Assembly (NCBI GenBank): GCA_951406725.2
Contig: OX597837.1
Coordinates: 34,472,001-34,536,000 of the forward strand
Length of the DNA stretch: 64,000 nt
Direction: 5' to 3'
DNA from: Octopus vulgaris
Taxonomy: Eukaryota
The notes under the pieces are model-generated. The model was not told where the DNA came from, searched no databases, and worked only from the letters and a program-made list of their open reading frames with translations. This document shows, piece after piece, positions 38,278-52,652 of this stretch; the stretch's first letter is position 1; every line of letters begins with the position of its first letter. The position numbers were made by a program, and so were the translations under genes.

Positions 38278-38844
38278 TGTCTTAAAGGATACATCAGACG
38301 GCATGATCCCGAATATACAAAAACACGTGTAGGCTTTTGATTGTATGTTTACTCAATGTGGGCTGACGTGAGGTTTAAACGACAACACCACCGCCACCAA
38401 CACAATCATCATCTACTCGGTTAGAAATAGAAAGCATCTTGAAAACAGATTAACTATCAGTCAATAAAATAATGAGTGATAATTAGGATGACTTTAAATA
38501 GTAGATGAGGTGATAATGGGCCCGAGTGATTATTGGTTTAGATGAAGAGGAGAGTGTTGTGAGGTGACAATACTGCTGGTCCTGGGCGAGACCTTCACAC
38601 GCTTCGAGCATGGTGCCAAGCATGGTGCCGGAAGAGATCAAAGGCTATCAAATTCTTGACAGATCATATATATATATACAGGCCACTGTACCTCCCACCT
38701 ACCTTACACACTCCTCCGCCTCCACATATATCTAAAAATAAATCTGTATCTTAATTTTTAGCAATAGGACTCAAAGTAGATAAGGCAATAATTAATAATA
38801 GCTTATAAATATTGCATTACACACACACACACCTCTCTCTCTCT

Positions 38845-39454
38845 CATATATATATGTATGTGTGTATATAGATATATATGCACACACATATATATATACA
38901 TAGGTGTGTGTTATATATATACATACATACATATACACATACATATACACGTACATACATACATATATATATACATACGTACATACATACGTACACATAT
39001 ATATATACATACGTACACATATATACATACGTACACATATATATATATATACATACGTACACATATATATATACATACGTACACATATATATATACATAC
39101 GTACACATATATATATACATACGTACACATATATATATATACATACGTACACATATATATATATACATACGTACACATATATATATACATACGTACACAT
39201 ATATATATACATACGTACACATATATATATATACATACGTACACATATATATATATACATACGTACACATATATATATATACATACGTACACATATATAT
39301 ATATACATACGTACACATATATATATATACATACGTACACATATATATATATACATACGTACACATATATATATATACATACATACACATACATATACAT
39401 ACATATATATACATATACATACATATACATACATATACATACATATACATACAT

Positions 39455-39502
<48 letters not shown>
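38845..39502. repeat. Minisatellite ACATACGTACAC(AT)n plus (TA)n
   Basis: About 22-24-bp units visible from 38975 to 39380. Confidence 0.95.
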
Positions 39503-39505
<3 letters not shown>

Positions 39506-40713
39506 AGAGAGAGAGAGAGAGGCACATATGCATTCATACACGTACACACATTACTATAACATCCTCGCCACACAAGTGACACATCTCCCTCTCACACTCC
39601 CCCATCAGCTCTGCTGTGAAGTTCAATGTTCAACCTTGGGTTTTGCTGATGTCAACAGAAATGGTGTGCTAAATTGGGCTACACACGTGCCCTCTGTGTG
39701 TGGGTATAAAGAGCCTGTAAATCACACACCTACTCACAGCCATATCACACAGAAGGAAAGCGGTCAAGAGAGGCAGCACTGGTATAGGATTACTCAACTA
39801 GCCTCAAGAGCCAAGTTCAAATCCAGGCTAGGTCATTGTGTAATGTAGCTTTAATTTCTACATGTTCCTCTTGCCTGGGTCAACTACCAGGAATGTCCAA
39901 AACTAATGAGGGTACCCAGTTTGCTTGATATAGCAGCCAAATCATCAGAACACTGTCTTAATGAAGGACATTAGATAATGTTGTCATAGAGACACTGTAA
40001 TTGAAGGAGACAATCTAATGCAGTCCTAGATGTACTAAGTTTGAAAGAAGAGGGTGTAAGGACCAAGAGGAGGTCTGTGTCCACTCACAACAACACAGAC
40101 ACCTTAACCCTTTTACTAAAATTCTTTGTTTTCAAAATTAATTGAAACAAAAGCAGTGTTTCTGCAAAAAGTTGGCAAGAAAAAGGTTAAAACACCAGGA
40201 TTTGACTGGTACTGTGTTTTATTGATCCCACAATGAATTAAAAAAAAAGGCAATGACAATCTCAAAAATGGACGGGACTAAATATTTGGAATGACTTTAA
40301 TTACAGGTCTGTTTAATCAAGGTTGATTTGCGCCTAAACAAGTTCCCACCAAACTTGACCGTTTCCAACGACATCTGTTGTCTACGGGTTTGAATTAATT
40401 TAGAAAATAATCAAGAATTTGGAGAAGGAATTTAGTGAGATAACTTTTCCTCCCAATATTTAGTGTTTGGAACATATTAACAATAGTTTATTAATTCAAA
40501 TTATGATGTTAAAAAATATCTACCAAAAAATAGAATTGATATTTTCTGTAAGTCATGTATTTTCTGTAAGTTCCAAACACGACATTCCTCAACAAAAGAC
40601 AGATCGGTAAATAAAACTGCTTTCTGCAGTTTTGAAAGGATATATCTGATTTCTGCAGTTAAAGGAATTAAAAAATAGTGACTGCATATTGCTATAATAG
40701 TCAATACTAAAAG

Positions 40714-41049
40714 GTGGCATCTTGGACAAGTGTCTTCTGCTATAGCCCCGGGCCGACCAATGCCTTGTGAGTGGATTTGGTAGACGGAAACCGAAAGAAG
40801 CTTGTCGTATATATGTGTATATATATGTATGTATGTGTGTTTGTGTGTCTGTGTTTGTCCCCCTAGCATTGCTTGACAACCAATGCTGGTGTGCTTACGT
40901 CTCCGTCACTTAGCGGTTCGGCAAAAAGAGGCCGATAGAATAAGTACTGGGCTTACAAAAAAAAGAATAAGTCCCAGGGTCGATTTACTCGACTAAAGGC
41001 GGTGCTCCAGCATGGCCGCAGTCAAATGACTGAAACAAGTAAAAGAGTA
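40714..41049 (+). mobile_element. SINE family A, 5'-truncated
   Basis: Matches consensus from GTGGCATCTTG onward. Confidence 0.85.
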
Positions 41050-41523
41050 TATTGAAAAACTAGCTGCATAATTAGATGTAATAGTATAAAATATATAAAA
41101 ATACTGATGATGTAGTGTGAAATATATTAAAATAATGTATATTAAGCCTTTAACTGTGAAATTAAATTTCTTGGTTATTTCAGCAATGATAAATATTTAC
41201 CAAAACACAGAATTGGTATTCTCTGCAAGTCACGATGCATTAATAAAAATGACATATCTTCAAAACAAAAAATAGTTCCAAACATGACACTCCTCAATGA
41301 AAAACTAGAGTGGGTGTATAAAACTGCTTTCCGTTGTTAAAAGCAATGAAATTTTGAATGGATATATATCTTATTTCTGTGGTAAAAGGTTCAATTCAAA
41401 TACGAACACTTTGATGGGAAGAATTTTGAAATGTGAAATTCAGAGAAGGCCTCAGATGAGTCAGTATGAAGAGGGTTGATCAAGAAACCCTGAAAACTTA
41501 GGTTATGTCTGTATATATATATA

Positions 41524-41913
41524 GGCGCAGGAGTGGCTGTGTGGTAAGTAGCTTGCTAACCAACCACATGGTTCCGGGTTCAGTCCCACTGCGTGGCATC
41601 TTGGGCAAGTGTCTTCTGCTATAGCCCCGGGCCGACCAATGCCTTGTGAGTGGATTTGGTAGACGGAAACTGAAAGAAGCCTGTCATATATATATATATA
41701 TATATGTGCATGTGTTTGTCCCCCTAGCATTGCTTGACAACCGATGCTGGTGTGTTTACGTCCCCGTCACTTAGCGGTTCGGCAAAAGAGACCGATAGAA
41801 TAAGTACTGGGCTTACAAAGAATAAGTCCTGGGGTCGATTTGCTCAACTAAAGGCGGTGCTCTAGCATGGCCACAGTCAAATGACTGAAACAAGTAAAAG
41901 AGTAAAAAGAGTA
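41524..41913 (+). mobile_element. SINE family A
   Basis: Full-length near-consensus copy. Confidence 0.88.
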
Positions 41914-42076
41914 TATTGTAATATGAACACAATAAGGGGCCCAAAACTGAATGTTTACAGAGCAGATTCAGTTTTAATTCATCCAACTACAAAACCAAAA
42001 AGAAAAATAAATAAACTCAGTCACCACTTGCGAGCATGGCCTGGCAGACTGTACCAGGCTTTCATTAATTGTTAAA

Positions 42077-42297
42077 CCCTTTAGCATTCAGATTATTCTG
42101 TCAAATGTCATGCTTTTGTATTCACACTGTTTTGAATTAATCATGGATTATCTCATAGCTCTGAGATTACGATGATGTGATTGTTTATTTTTAGAACGAC
42201 ACTGTAGGGTAGGTGTGAGAGGCTGGATCTGGCCAGTTTGAACCTAAAACAGGGAGAGTATTTTGGTTGAGATGTGGCTGGTTTAAATGCTAAAGGG
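42077..42297. mobile_element. piggyBac-type MITE (family of 30456-30676)
   Basis: CCCTTTAGCATT...AATGCTAAAGGG|TTAA. Confidence 0.75.
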
Positions 42298-43432
42298 TTA
42301 AGGTGTCTGTGTTGTTGTGAGTGGACACAGACCTCCTCGTGGTCCTTGCACCCTCAAGCGAGCAGAACATGGAGGATGTGACAGATGGAGGGAGAGAGAG
42401 AGTTGAAACAGTATGGGTATACAGCACCTTGCTCCATGGCACAACATGCTGCCTGGGGCAGGAATCAAACCCACAACCTTTATGGTCATGAGCTCAACAC
42501 ACTAACCACTGGGCCAAATACTTATGCACACACACACACAAACAAAGATGCTACTGTGTTGTCGTTTTTAATCAATATCTAATTGTATGAAATGAATAAA
42601 ATACAATTATAATTTTTCAGACAAGAGACGAGTTTAATTAGTCCAGAATATAATAGTTTTGTTTTCTTCAAATAAATCTATTTTAAGTTTTTGTCCCAAC
42701 AGAATAGAGACTGGTTCAATGTTTTAATCTAGTTTCAGCTACTGAAATACAGGATTCAACTAGTTGGGTGTGGCCATGCTAGGATACCGTCAGAGGATAA
42801 GTAAAAAAAGAAAAAAAAAAAACCCATTAGAATTGTGAAAATGTAGGGCCACAGTTTTCAACCCTGCAAAGTCTGGTTCTGTTGCAGCATGTTTCAGAAG
42901 CTGATGAGGTTAAATGACACAAATAATATACAAAAATTATACATTAGAAGTCGCAGCTCTCTATATACACAGTCTAGTGACGATATTGCAGCAGTGTGTA
43001 TAGAAGAGGTGCTATGACAAAATATACCACATTTCGCTAGGATGGCTACGGAAAGTTAGTAGACTTATTAAAGGTGTTTCTTTTGATGCAAGGTAAGTAC
43101 AGCAATGTTGCACACATGCAATAAAACAAACGACCTCACATGCTGAGGTGCATTCATGATGCAAACCATGCACTGCAGTAGAACAAGATGAACTCGGTGT
43201 TATATGCACAAGATTTCAGGAGAAACAACCAAGCAATCTCTCAAGATCCATGCAAGTGGAAATGAGGTACCTTAAGACGATACATGCATCAAATTTTTGG
43301 TGAAAGTATGGGAAGGGGGAGGAGGGACCCCCCCATATCAACTTTTTTAAATACAAAAAAAATGTACAAAGTTAAATTATCTTTTTCCAAAACTACATAA
43401 TACTACACAGCAAATGTTCTACATATTTACCT

Positions 43433-43588
43433 ATTTCTTTATTACCCACAAGGGGCTAAACACAGAGGGGACAAAGAAGGACAGACATAGGTATTAAGTC
43501 GATTATACCGACCCCAGTGTGTAACTGGTACTTAATTTATCAACCCCGAAAGGATGAAAAGCAAAGTCAACCTCGGCGGAATTTGAAC
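43433..43588 (-). mobile_element. 5'-truncated family E SINE with 15-bp TSD
   Basis: tctacatatttacct duplicated at 43418-43432 and 43589-43603. Confidence 0.85.
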
Positions 43589-44231
43589 TCTACATATTTA
43601 CCTGTTACAATAAACATCTGCTGAGAGATCTTTCAGCAAAGTAAAATAACACCAAGAACTTTTTGAAGGAGCATGATGACAAGGGAGACACTGAATGACC
43701 CCAAAGACTGAGCTGGCCCTAATATTGAAAGGGGATTTCAATGAAATAATGGAAACATTTGCTTTAAAACATAAGGCATAAACCCTGATTCATGCTAAAG
43801 TAATTCTTGACATTCATCATCATCATCATCATCATCATGGTCATCATTCAATATGTGTTTTCCATGCTGGCATGGGTTGGATGCTTTGAGGACTGCACCA
43901 ACATCCTCTGTTAAGGCGTATTTTCCACAACTGGACGCCCTTCCTAATACCACCCACTTTACAGAGTATTCTGGGTGCTTCTTACAAGATGTGTTTTCAA
44001 TAAAATATCCGATTAATTGAACAGATATTCATGTTTCTTGTTTTACTTTCCAAAATGATATGTTGATTATTGAAGGTCTTTATCCACAGGAAATTTTCGG
44101 TTTGTGGTTTAAATTAAAATTGGAAAATAAAGAGTTTGACTCTTATTGTACATACATGGGTTTATGCTTGCTTCCTGTTAACTTTATTAATAATGCTGTT
44201 TTTTTGGGTTTTTTTAAAAATTTCATCAATA

Positions 44232-44626
44232 GGCGCAGGAGTGGTTGTGTGGTAAGTAGCTTGCTAACCAACCACATGGTTCCGGGTTCAGTCCCACTGC
44301 GTGGCATCTTGGGCAAGTGTCTTCTGCTATAGCCCCGGGCTGACCAATGCCTTGTGAGTGGATTTGGTAGACAGAAACCGAAAGAAGCCTGTCGTATATA
44401 TATATATATGTGTATGTGTTTGTCCCCCTAGCATTGCTTGACAACCGATGCTGGTGTGTTTACGTCCCCGTCACTTAGCGGTTCGGCAAAAAGAGACCGA
44501 TAGAATAAGTACTGGGCTTACAAAGAATAAGTCCCAGGGTCGATTTGCTCGACTAAAAAAGGCGGTGCTCCAGCATGGCCGCAGTCAAATGACTGAAACA
44601 AGTGAAAGAGCAAAGAGTAAAGAGTA
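44232..44626 (+). mobile_element. SINE family A
   Basis: Full-length near-consensus copy. Confidence 0.88.
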
Positions 44627-47029
44627 TAACCATAATATTTATCTTTGAAAATATATGTAAAATTTATTTTCCATTTTTATTTCAAACCATAAACTCAAGA
44701 TTATCCTCGACTCTTTGAACCATGCCTCAGTGGTATTAAGATTTACTGGAAATACTCCTAAAAATTGCTAAAAGTCCAGAGCTTTTGTGAGCTTAAAGAA
44801 TGATTCCTGACATAAAGAATAAGGCTATGTATTTGCAGATGAAGAAAATAGTCAACATAAGCAAACCTTACAGAGGGGAAAGCCAGCAATGTAGACTTTG
44901 GGTTCAATGCATAGGGGATTTGCTCTTGGGTCAGCTGTAGGTCCTATCACTTCCCTTGGTGGCACTGCTTATGACACAGGAATTCAAATTGAATTTTGTC
45001 ATTTGATTGGGTTTTGTGGGCAGAACACTTTATTCTACCTTACCCCAGTTTATTCTCCAAGCTGTTACGCAGCTGAGTATAGCAAGTGCCCTGATCTACT
45101 CTGACATTCACATAACCCTTGGGATCAAATATTGTTGGTGAGAAATAGCATGTTCCCTGTGGATGTTGGGTCACAAATAACTGACATCATTGATGTAAAC
45201 GGTGGAGACGCCTGGCTCAGTGGTTAGAGTGTTGATTGTAAGACTGGGATTTTGATTCCTAGACTAAGCAGTGCATTGTGTTCTTGAGCAAAACACTTCA
45301 TTTCGTGTTGCTCCAATCTACTCAGCTGGCAAAATTGCGTGAGATCCTCTGACAAAATGGTGTCCCATCCAGGGGAAAAATATTTAAATGGAAACTGGCC
45401 CAACGAGTCTGTAATGAATTGGGAAGGATCTTATTGATGTAAACCAAGAACGGCATAGGAAGATGTGATGGAGGCAGGATCTCATGATGTTGGACTTCAT
45501 CAACAACACAAGGTATAAAAAGAAAGGAATGATGGACATTCTTATTCTGCAGAAATGTCCAATAATAAATAATAAAGCGTTTTGTTTATTGGGCCCAAGA
45601 CAATGAGGGGAAAAGTCAACCTGAACAGGACTGGAATCCAAAACGCAGAGATATACTTAAATACCACAAGGCATTTTATTGAATGCTCTGCTTCTACCAA
45701 TCCAGGGATTTACCATTATTACTACTACTACTGCTATCAATAATTGTATCCAACATAAGCATGAGAAGGAGGTCGAGTATATATTACTGGTACTTGTTTT
45801 ATCAACTTTCCTCACTCAAAGAAATGACAGACATGATGGGATTTTAACCCCAAAAGTAGAGAAAAGGAACCAAACTACTAGGTCGGTCTCACATGTTTCG
45901 TAAATTACAAAAACAAAGGAATGGAACTGTGAAGTATATTAAAAGTAAATATTTTAGAAAACTTAGCCAAGTTAAGGAGAAGAAGCGGAAGAGTAACCAA
46001 GAGTTGGGGATCAGTTAAAAATGGTAATGTCCTGAAATAGGGTGCTGAAGATTTTGGGTGTTGACATTATTTCTAGTTTTACTTTGCATTTCATCCAGAA
46101 ATACCCTATACCTATTACCATTTTCAGTCAGAACCTTTTAGGTTCTATCCTTGAAACACCAGCTTAATAATGACAAAATTAATCAACTTCCAAATTATTT
46201 GAGAATTTTTATAATTAAAACATGTTGGCTATGTGTTTCGTTAGGAATACAGAATTATAAAAGTGTTTGAGATGAGGTGGTCAGGAAGTGGAATGGCTAC
46301 AACCAAGAATCACAATTTCAGAATCTGTGATTTCTGGTTTTTGACTTTTAAAATTATTTTAAGGAATAATACATTGAAATATTTTAATAAATATATTCTA
46401 AAAATTCTTTTAATTATAAGAAAATTTTCAAATTATCATAAAATCCAAGATGTCTCTTTCTCATTTGCAATTTTGTCTTTACATTCTGGTTTTATAAAAA
46501 TAATAAAAAAAAAAAGGATTTAATGACAATTAAGAGATGATATTGCTTTGAATATGGCCCAAAGGAATCCAAAAATCAAGTTTTCAGGAAAAATGGTTAA
46601 TGATTCTTGAGATAGGAATAATGTTAAACATTTGGGGGTGAAGAACAGAGTCAAGATAAGTAACCCTTTTGACCCTATGTGACCACCCCTGGTTCTATGA
46701 TACAGACTTCCTATTTCAAATTGATCTCAACCCTTCCATCAAAATTTCTTGTTAATTTATGTTACAAACATCAGCTTAATAACAACAAAAGTTATTTTAC
46801 TAAAATTCTTTGTTTTCAAAATTAATTGAAACAAAAGCAGTGTTTCTGCAAAAAGTTGGTAAGAAAAAGGTTAAAACACCAGGATTTTATTGGTACTGTG
46901 TTTTATTGATCCCAGAATGAATTTAAAAAAAAATGGCAATGTCAATCTCAAAAATGGACGGGACTAAATACAACAAGGTATTCTACAGAGAAGCCTGCTA
47001 ATTTACAGATCCACTGTTACTGGTACAAT

Positions 47030-48910
47030 GTCATATAATTGGGGGTGGAGTTGGAGTACAATTGATTTCAGACCAGACCTCAAACTGGGGTTTCGTTTAT
47101 TGGGCCCAAGACAATGAGGGGGAAAGTCAACGTGAACAGGACTGGAATCCAAAACGCAGAGATATACTTAAATACCACAAGGCATTTTATTGAATGCTCT
47201 GCTTCTACCAATCCAGGGATTTACCATTATTACTACTACTACTGCTATCAATAATTATATCCAACATAAGCATGAGAAGGAGGTCGAGTATATTGGACTG
47301 ACCCCAGTATTTCACTGGTACTTTATTGACTCCTACAAGGATATAAAACAGGACTGATTTGGGTGGGATTTAAAATCAGAACGTAAATGGTTGTAACTAA
47401 ACACCACAAGGTATTTTGTTTACTGTTCTACACTTTTGTCCAATCTACTGTTACTAATGGTTTCTGGTTTAGGTACAAGGCGTACAGTTTTGAAAGAGAG
47501 GGGTTAATTGATATCATTGACCCAAGTACATGACTGGTATTATATTTTATCAACATTGGAGGGATAAAAGACAAAGTGAACTTGAAAGTGTCGGAACAAA
47601 TACCACACATTATATTTTTCTGACACTAACAATTCTGCCAGCTCGCCACAATAATAATAATAATTATTATAAAAGGAGAAAGGGGCTCTCTACCCCACTT
47701 TTGACCAGGCTCCCGTTGGCTTTTATGGGTTTTTCCACCAGGAACCTTTCGTAATGCCTCCCCCTATTGGGAGTTTTTCGTTGTTATATTATTTGATTGT
47801 TACACTGTTTTTACACAAACGGACAAAACCCTTTGTGACCTTTTGTCCTGTTTTGTCCCTTTATGTTTTCTAATCATGTGTGTCAGCCCTTGTGGCCAAT
47901 AAAAAGAATTAATTATTATTATTATTTCACATTTTTGCTACAAGGGTAGTTTGGGAGAGGTGGGGATGAGTCAATTACATCAGCCCCAGTGTTCAACTGG
48001 TACCTATTTTATCGACCCCGAAAGGATGAGAGGCAAAATCAGCCTCAATGGAATTTGAACTCAGAATGTAGCGATGGGCAAAATACTGCTAAGTATTTTG
48101 TCCAGCTTGCCACCTTAATATAATAATGGCCCACTACACTCATGGAGTGGTTGGTGTTAGGAAGGGCATCCAGCTGTAGAAACACTGCCAGATCAGACTG
48201 GAGCCTGGCACAGCCTCCTGGCTTCCCAGACCCCGGTCGAACCGTCCAACCCGTGCTAGCACGGAAAATGGATGTTAAACGATGATGATGATGATTTCAA
48301 ATTTTTGCCACAAGGGCAGCTTGCAGAAAGGGATTAAGTTGATTACATCAACACTAGCATGTAATTGGTACTTATTTAATCAACCCCGAAAGGATGAAAG
48401 GCAAAGTTGACCTCGGCGAAATTTGAACTCCGAATGTAAAGACAGACAAAATGGTGCTAAGCATTTCACCTGGTGCTCTAACGATTCTACCAGCTTGCCA
48501 CCTTAATATAATAATAATGGTTTCAAATTTTGGCACAATGCCAGCAATGTTGGGGAAGGGGTTAAGTCAATTACTTCAACCCCAGTGTACAACTGGTACT
48601 TAATTTCTTGACCCTGAAAGGATGTAAAAAAAAAATTGACCTCAGCAGAATTTGAACTCAGGATTGTGTGCTAATGATTCTGCCATCTATTCACCCTAGC
48701 AAAAATAATCATAATAATAATTCTTTCTACTTTAAGCACAAGGCCTGAAATTTTGGGGGAGTGGAGCTAATCGATTACATTGACCCCCAGCATTCAACTG
48801 GTACTTACTTCATTAACCCTGAAAGGATGAAATGGAAAGTCAACCTTGGTGAGATTTGAACTCAGAACATAACGCTGGATGAAATTCTACTCAGCCTTTT
48901 GCCTGATTTG
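47030..48910 (-). mobile_element. Cluster of older family E-related SINEs
   Basis: About seven same-strand degenerate copies joined by (TAA)n linkers. Confidence 0.7.
48130..48295 (+). mobile_element. Family B retroelement, truncated
   Basis: Core plus (GAT)n tail. Confidence 0.8.
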
Positions 48911-49594
48911 CTAGTTCCAATAAAGTAATTGGATAAAACACATTTTTGTCAATTCCATTCTGTGCAGGCATTAAATAAGACATTTGGATTTAGACAGTCC
49001 AGTGGAAATGTTTATCAAAACATTGTCGCCTTGCACACCTAATGATATGACAGGTGACAATTTAAAATGGTGAGTATTCTGACACGGTCTTCAAGGGTCT
49101 GAACCACTTCAAGGTTGTTTTCTACAATAGCGGAATCGGTGCAGCATCGGACAAAAATACATTTTAGGGAATCCAGTTACATTCCTTTCGATTCAAATTT
49201 CATTCAGACTGACACAGAGGAGAGAAAAATAAATAGAACCAGGGGTCTGACCAGCTGCTATTGGTTTGTGCCAGTGGCTTTTGAGGCCCCAAATATTCTT
49301 GGACCCTGCACTACCATTTTCCTCCTACAAATTTGGTATAATGGCAGCCCATCTGAGAAATGAACCCCACAAGGTGGAGTGGCTGCTGCAGTGAGGGAGG
49401 CTGGCCATTGGCCATTCTCTGCATCAACGGCACTGCAGTTACGAATCATGGGGTGTGGCTGAGCATGCCATGTATTCTGCGGCGTGATCACAAAGAACAA
49501 AATAACCATCTTTTGACATGGAACAATTTGCTCACTCATTTTCTTTGGTTTTAGATTTTGGAACTTTTTAACCACACACATGCATTTATATTAT

Positions 49595-49979
49595 GAGTGG
49601 CTGTGTGGTAAGTAGCTTGCTTACCAACCACATGGTTCCGGGTTCAGTCCCACTGGGTGGTACCTTGGGCAATTGTCTTCTACTATAGCCTCGGGCCGAT
49701 TTGTGGATTTGGTAGACAGAAATTGAAAGAAGCCCGTCGTATATATATATATGTATATATGTGTGTATATGTATGTGTTTCTGTGTCTGTGTTTGTCCCC
49801 CTAGCATTGCTTGACAACCGATGCTGGTGTGTTTACGTCCCCGTCACTTAGCGGTTCGGCAAAAAGAGACCAATAGAATAAGTACTGGGCTTGCAAAGAA
49901 TAAGTCCCGGGGTCGATTTGCTTGACTAAAGGCGGTGCTCCAGCATGGCCGCAGTCAAATGACTGAAACATGTAAAAGA

Positions 49980-49982
<3 letters not shown>
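49595..49982 (+). mobile_element. SINE family A
   Basis: Near full length. Confidence 0.85.
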
Positions 49983-50015
<33 letters not shown>

Positions 50016-50162
50016 CTTATAAATAAGGGTAAAAAAAAAAAAATTCTAATGCCAAATATGCCGAAAATTGGACATAATGTCCATTAACCATATAATTTTT
50101 TCACAATATGCACGCTACTTGAAAAAAGGTCGACAGAAATCTCTAAAAAATTCCATTATTAC

Positions 50163-50222
50163 CATATCGGACCGATTTCAGGGTTAGTTCAAAAAGAACC
50201 CTCCCTTCGTCAGTGATACATG
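50163..50222 (-). ncRNA. Minimal type I hammerhead ribozyme motif
   Basis: GUAUCA-CUGACGA-AGGG..CCCU-GAAA-UCGG-UC-CGAUAU: intact core, GUC site, near-palindromic stem III, one stem I mismatch. Confidence 0.5.
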
Positions 50223-50821
50223 TGGCAAAGAAGTAAATGAGATATTTACTCATACCCATGGAAGAATGTTATCCTACATTAGATATATATATATATCGAT
50301 CGATCGAGAGAGAGAGAGAGAGCAGTTCCTTCAGAGATAGAGGCATAGAAATCAACAGAATCGAATTGCGTAAATCTCACTAGATATATATATATATATT
50401 TATCATTTCAGAGTTTTTTCACAACCCTGGCTGACCAAAACTCTATTCCTTCCTTCATTAGCAGAGGGGTTATGTGCCTCCAGTCAGCTGGCCTAATGTG
50501 TCACCTATATTGCTGAGAGCATAAGTGTAAAGACCAATGGTAACTTTCTGACTGGCCATAACCAAGAACTGCATTAAATATACTTACGCATGTGTGTGTG
50601 TATATATATATATATACACACACACACACGCACAAGGCGCAAGTATGGCTGTGTGGTTAAGAAGTTTGCTTCCTAACCATGTGGTTTTAAGTTCAGTCCC
50701 ACTTTGCAGCACCGTGGACAATTGTCATGATCATCTGCTATAACCCTGAGGTGATCAATACCTTATGAATGAATTCAGAAAACAAAAAATATATACATAA
50801 ATACAGCATACATTTTCATAA

Positions 50822-50852
<31 letters not shown>

Positions 50853-51063
50853 TAGAAATATTGCATTTCTAAATCTCTCAGATTTATGCAGTAGCAGCAT
50901 GATAAAGTAATGGTTTGTTGCCAACTTAATGTGGCAATCCCAGGAAAGGGAAGAATGCTACTGCTATTTAGCCCCAGGAAACATCGTTTCCAGTTGGCAC
51001 ATGACACAAGCATTGTGTCACGTAGACAACTGGAAACGATGTATATATATATATACATATATA

Positions 51064-51097
<34 letters not shown>

Positions 51098-51329
51098 ACG
51101 ATAGATATGGCCAGTTTCATGTCCTTAAAGTGCTTAGGCTTTGGGCCAACAGATTTAGGGGCTAAAAAAACACTGTAAAGCCAAGTATTTTATGAACGAG
51201 AAACCCAGAGGAACCCCATAGACCGGCCATAACTATCTTTACATACTTTACTGCTCTATAACTTGGAGTGTGCTCCTCTTTCGGATTTATAATTTACTGA
51301 CTATATATAAGAAGAAAATGGAGATTGGG

Positions 51330-51360
<31 letters not shown>

Positions 51361-52598
51361 GATGTGGTCCCAGGATTTTTTCAAAGGTCAGAAAGGAATA
51401 CAATTTCAGGAGAAAAGGGCATAGTAACATTATTTAGAAGGGTACACTTCTTTTCTTGAGGGGGCATGTGCACCTCAGGGTCACCCTGACAATGACAATA
51501 TATAACTGGTCTTGTGCCTAAATTTGAAATAACCATTATTCTTATTATTAGCATTGACCCACACATGCTTTGCTGCTGCTTTTACAATGGCCTCTCATTT
51601 CCTACCCACCTGAACTAACCAGTAGTATACCTGACCATTTTATTTCCACCTTCCAAAGCATTCGGAGAGTTGGTGGTTGTGGTGGTGGGGGATAGGTTTA
51701 AATATCAAGTCTGTGGGAACATAAAAGAGAACTAGGCTCTACAGCACACGCACACATCAATGTTAAAAATAGCAGTCAAATCTCTCTCAAATCATACTCT
51801 ATAATCTTAAAAAAAAAAAAAAAAAAAGACAGTAGTCACTGTAATCTGGGGTTTCACTGATGGGATGATCACAGTTGGAATGTCTTTGATCTTAGTAGAT
51901 CTGCCTAATCAAGGTTGATCTGGGGTTAAAGAACAACATCACATCACAAAACCATCGTCTTATACAAAGACAGGAGACATTAAATAATGTGGTCAGCAAC
52001 ATATGCCTAAAAAGGGCAGAGTTTGGAAGTAGTTTTCCTTCGAAGTTCCCTACCTCATGGGGAAGGGAAAAGAGCACATACCCAACCCCCATTTCATATT
52101 TTAGTGTCATCTAACAGGCATTGCGAGAATTTTTTTTTTTTTTTTACATCTTGCTCCTTCTGTCCCCGTTCACAACCATCTTTTTTTCTGTGGGGACTGG
52201 GACTTCGAAGGACAGCTGTTTCAAAACTCCACCATCAAAAATGTAATGGCCGTGTCAGGAACATCTTTGATCATAAATCAATTATATCAGTCGATATGGG
52301 GCTAAAAAGACCAACTATTAAAAGTAATAGCTATCCAACCATGTGTGTATGTAACACACACACACACACACACCGTTTATACTCGTATATAAGTTGTACT
52401 ATTTTATATTTGATTTTACCCAGGAAAAAAGAACAAAAAAAAAACTGGGGTGTGAGTCACACACAGGGCAAAAAATTTGTACCAAGATTTAATTCTAAAA
52501 TCAGGGTGTGACTTATATATTAGTAATACAATGAAAAGGATGCTGTATACATTTCAGGTACCTGCAACTACACCGGTTGATTCTTCACAACACTTGGA

Positions 52599-52650
<52 letters not shown>

Positions 52651-52652
<2 letters not shown>

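Noticed and set aside
39738-39743. ATG-GCT|GTGAGT mini first exon
   Set aside because: Only a donor match; expected by chance in a 20-kb intron.
38792-39848. 200-314 aa ORFs in several frames
   Set aside because: Minisatellite translations.
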